This document shows, piece by piece, positions 63,484 through 64,000 of a stretch of 64,000 nt of DNA; within the stretch, counting starts at the first letter, position 1, and every line of letters starts with the position of its first letter. The translations under genes were made by a program, and so were the position numbers. Under the pieces are notes generated by a model that saw nothing but the letters and a program-made list of their open reading frames with translations, had not been told where the DNA came from and did not search any database. Origin of the DNA: Camelus ferus (taxonomy: Eukaryota); assembly GCF_009834535.1 (NCBI RefSeq), contig NC_045697.1, positions 46,998,001 to 47,062,000 of the forward strand, read 5' to 3'.

Positions 63484-63806
63484 TGTCTTAGTCCATTCAG
63501 GCTGCTATAACAAAATACCACAGATGAGACAGCTTATAAACAGCAGAAACGTATTTCTCACGGTTCTAAAGGCAGGAAGGCCGAGATCAGGGTGCCAGCA
63601 ACGGTCGGGTGAGGGCTCTTTCAGGTCGCAGACTTCTCGCTGTATAATCACGTGGGAAAAGGGCAAGGACACTCTCTCAAGCCTCCTTTATAAGGACATT
63701 AATCTCCTAATGCCCTCCCAAAGACCCCACTTCCTCTACCATCATGCTGGATGTTGGGGTTTGAACATGCAAATTTGGCAAAGACAAAGACATTCAGACC
63801 ACAGCA
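63484..63806 (-). mobile_element. MaLR solo LTR (MLT1A-like)
   Basis: TG...CA ends with perfect 5-bp TSD AGATG (63479-63483 / 63807-63811). tgtcttagtccattcaggctgctataacaaaatacca...tatttctcacggttct...acattcagaccacagca. Confidence 0.93.
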
Positions 63807-64000
63807 AGATGGGAGAAGAAAATGGTGAGAAGAAAAACTACCCTACTCTGTATCTCCAAAAGGCCAAAGTTTCTGTGTGATGGACCAGAATAGAAAGGGA
63901 GAGAGAATGAAGCCCCCTAACTGTCATTTGCATGATTGAGATTTATAAGTTAAAAAAAATAGATGAGATTGGATTGCATGTTTCTAGGGCTGAGACAGGT

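Noticed and set aside
1..64000. ORFs in the supplied six-frame track as protein-coding genes
   Set aside because: All are 145 aa or shorter, many start at non-ATG codons, many lie in L1/L2/LTR or microsatellite sequence (e.g. 1330-1593, 44190-44498, 46611-46939, 50655-51310, 63524-63880), and none resembles a protein family I recognise.
1..64000. Prokaryotic or viral systems (CRISPR array, operon, defence island, intact provirus)
   Set aside because: The sequence is mammalian repeat-laden DNA with no regularly spaced repeats, no gene-dense region and no gag/pol/env remnant. Only solo LTRs are seen.

Overview
This is AT-rich, CpG-depleted placental-mammal genomic DNA. I found no recognisable protein-coding exon, RNA gene, CRISPR array or other prokaryotic feature, and the supplied ORFs look like chance or repeat-derived frames. 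A tRNA-derived SINE of the Vic-1 type and cetartiodactyl-style L1 tails and LTR suggest a camelid (inference). The window is a patchwork of decayed L1, L2, MIR, hAT-type DNA-transposon fossils, three LTRs and microsatellites. Long repeat-poor stretches between them read like a large intron or gene desert with enhancer-type sequence. The best-supported observations are: (1) an ~880 bp polyadenylated, TSD-flanked retrocopy of a non-coding RNA segment that carried ancient MIRs and SINE sequence into a younger LTR (6952-7868); (2) a TSD-flanked L1 nested in another L1 that keeps its 5' end but stops inside ORF2 (3383-5920); (3) a diverged local direct duplication whose second copy was later split by an L1 (34569-36566). 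More speculative are a plus-strand chain of six correctly alternating splice sites that could encode a 38-aa peptide (11701-12819) and a minus-strand exon pair (22636-22826). Repeat family names come from recognition by eye, and boundaries are approximate unless a TSD is quoted.
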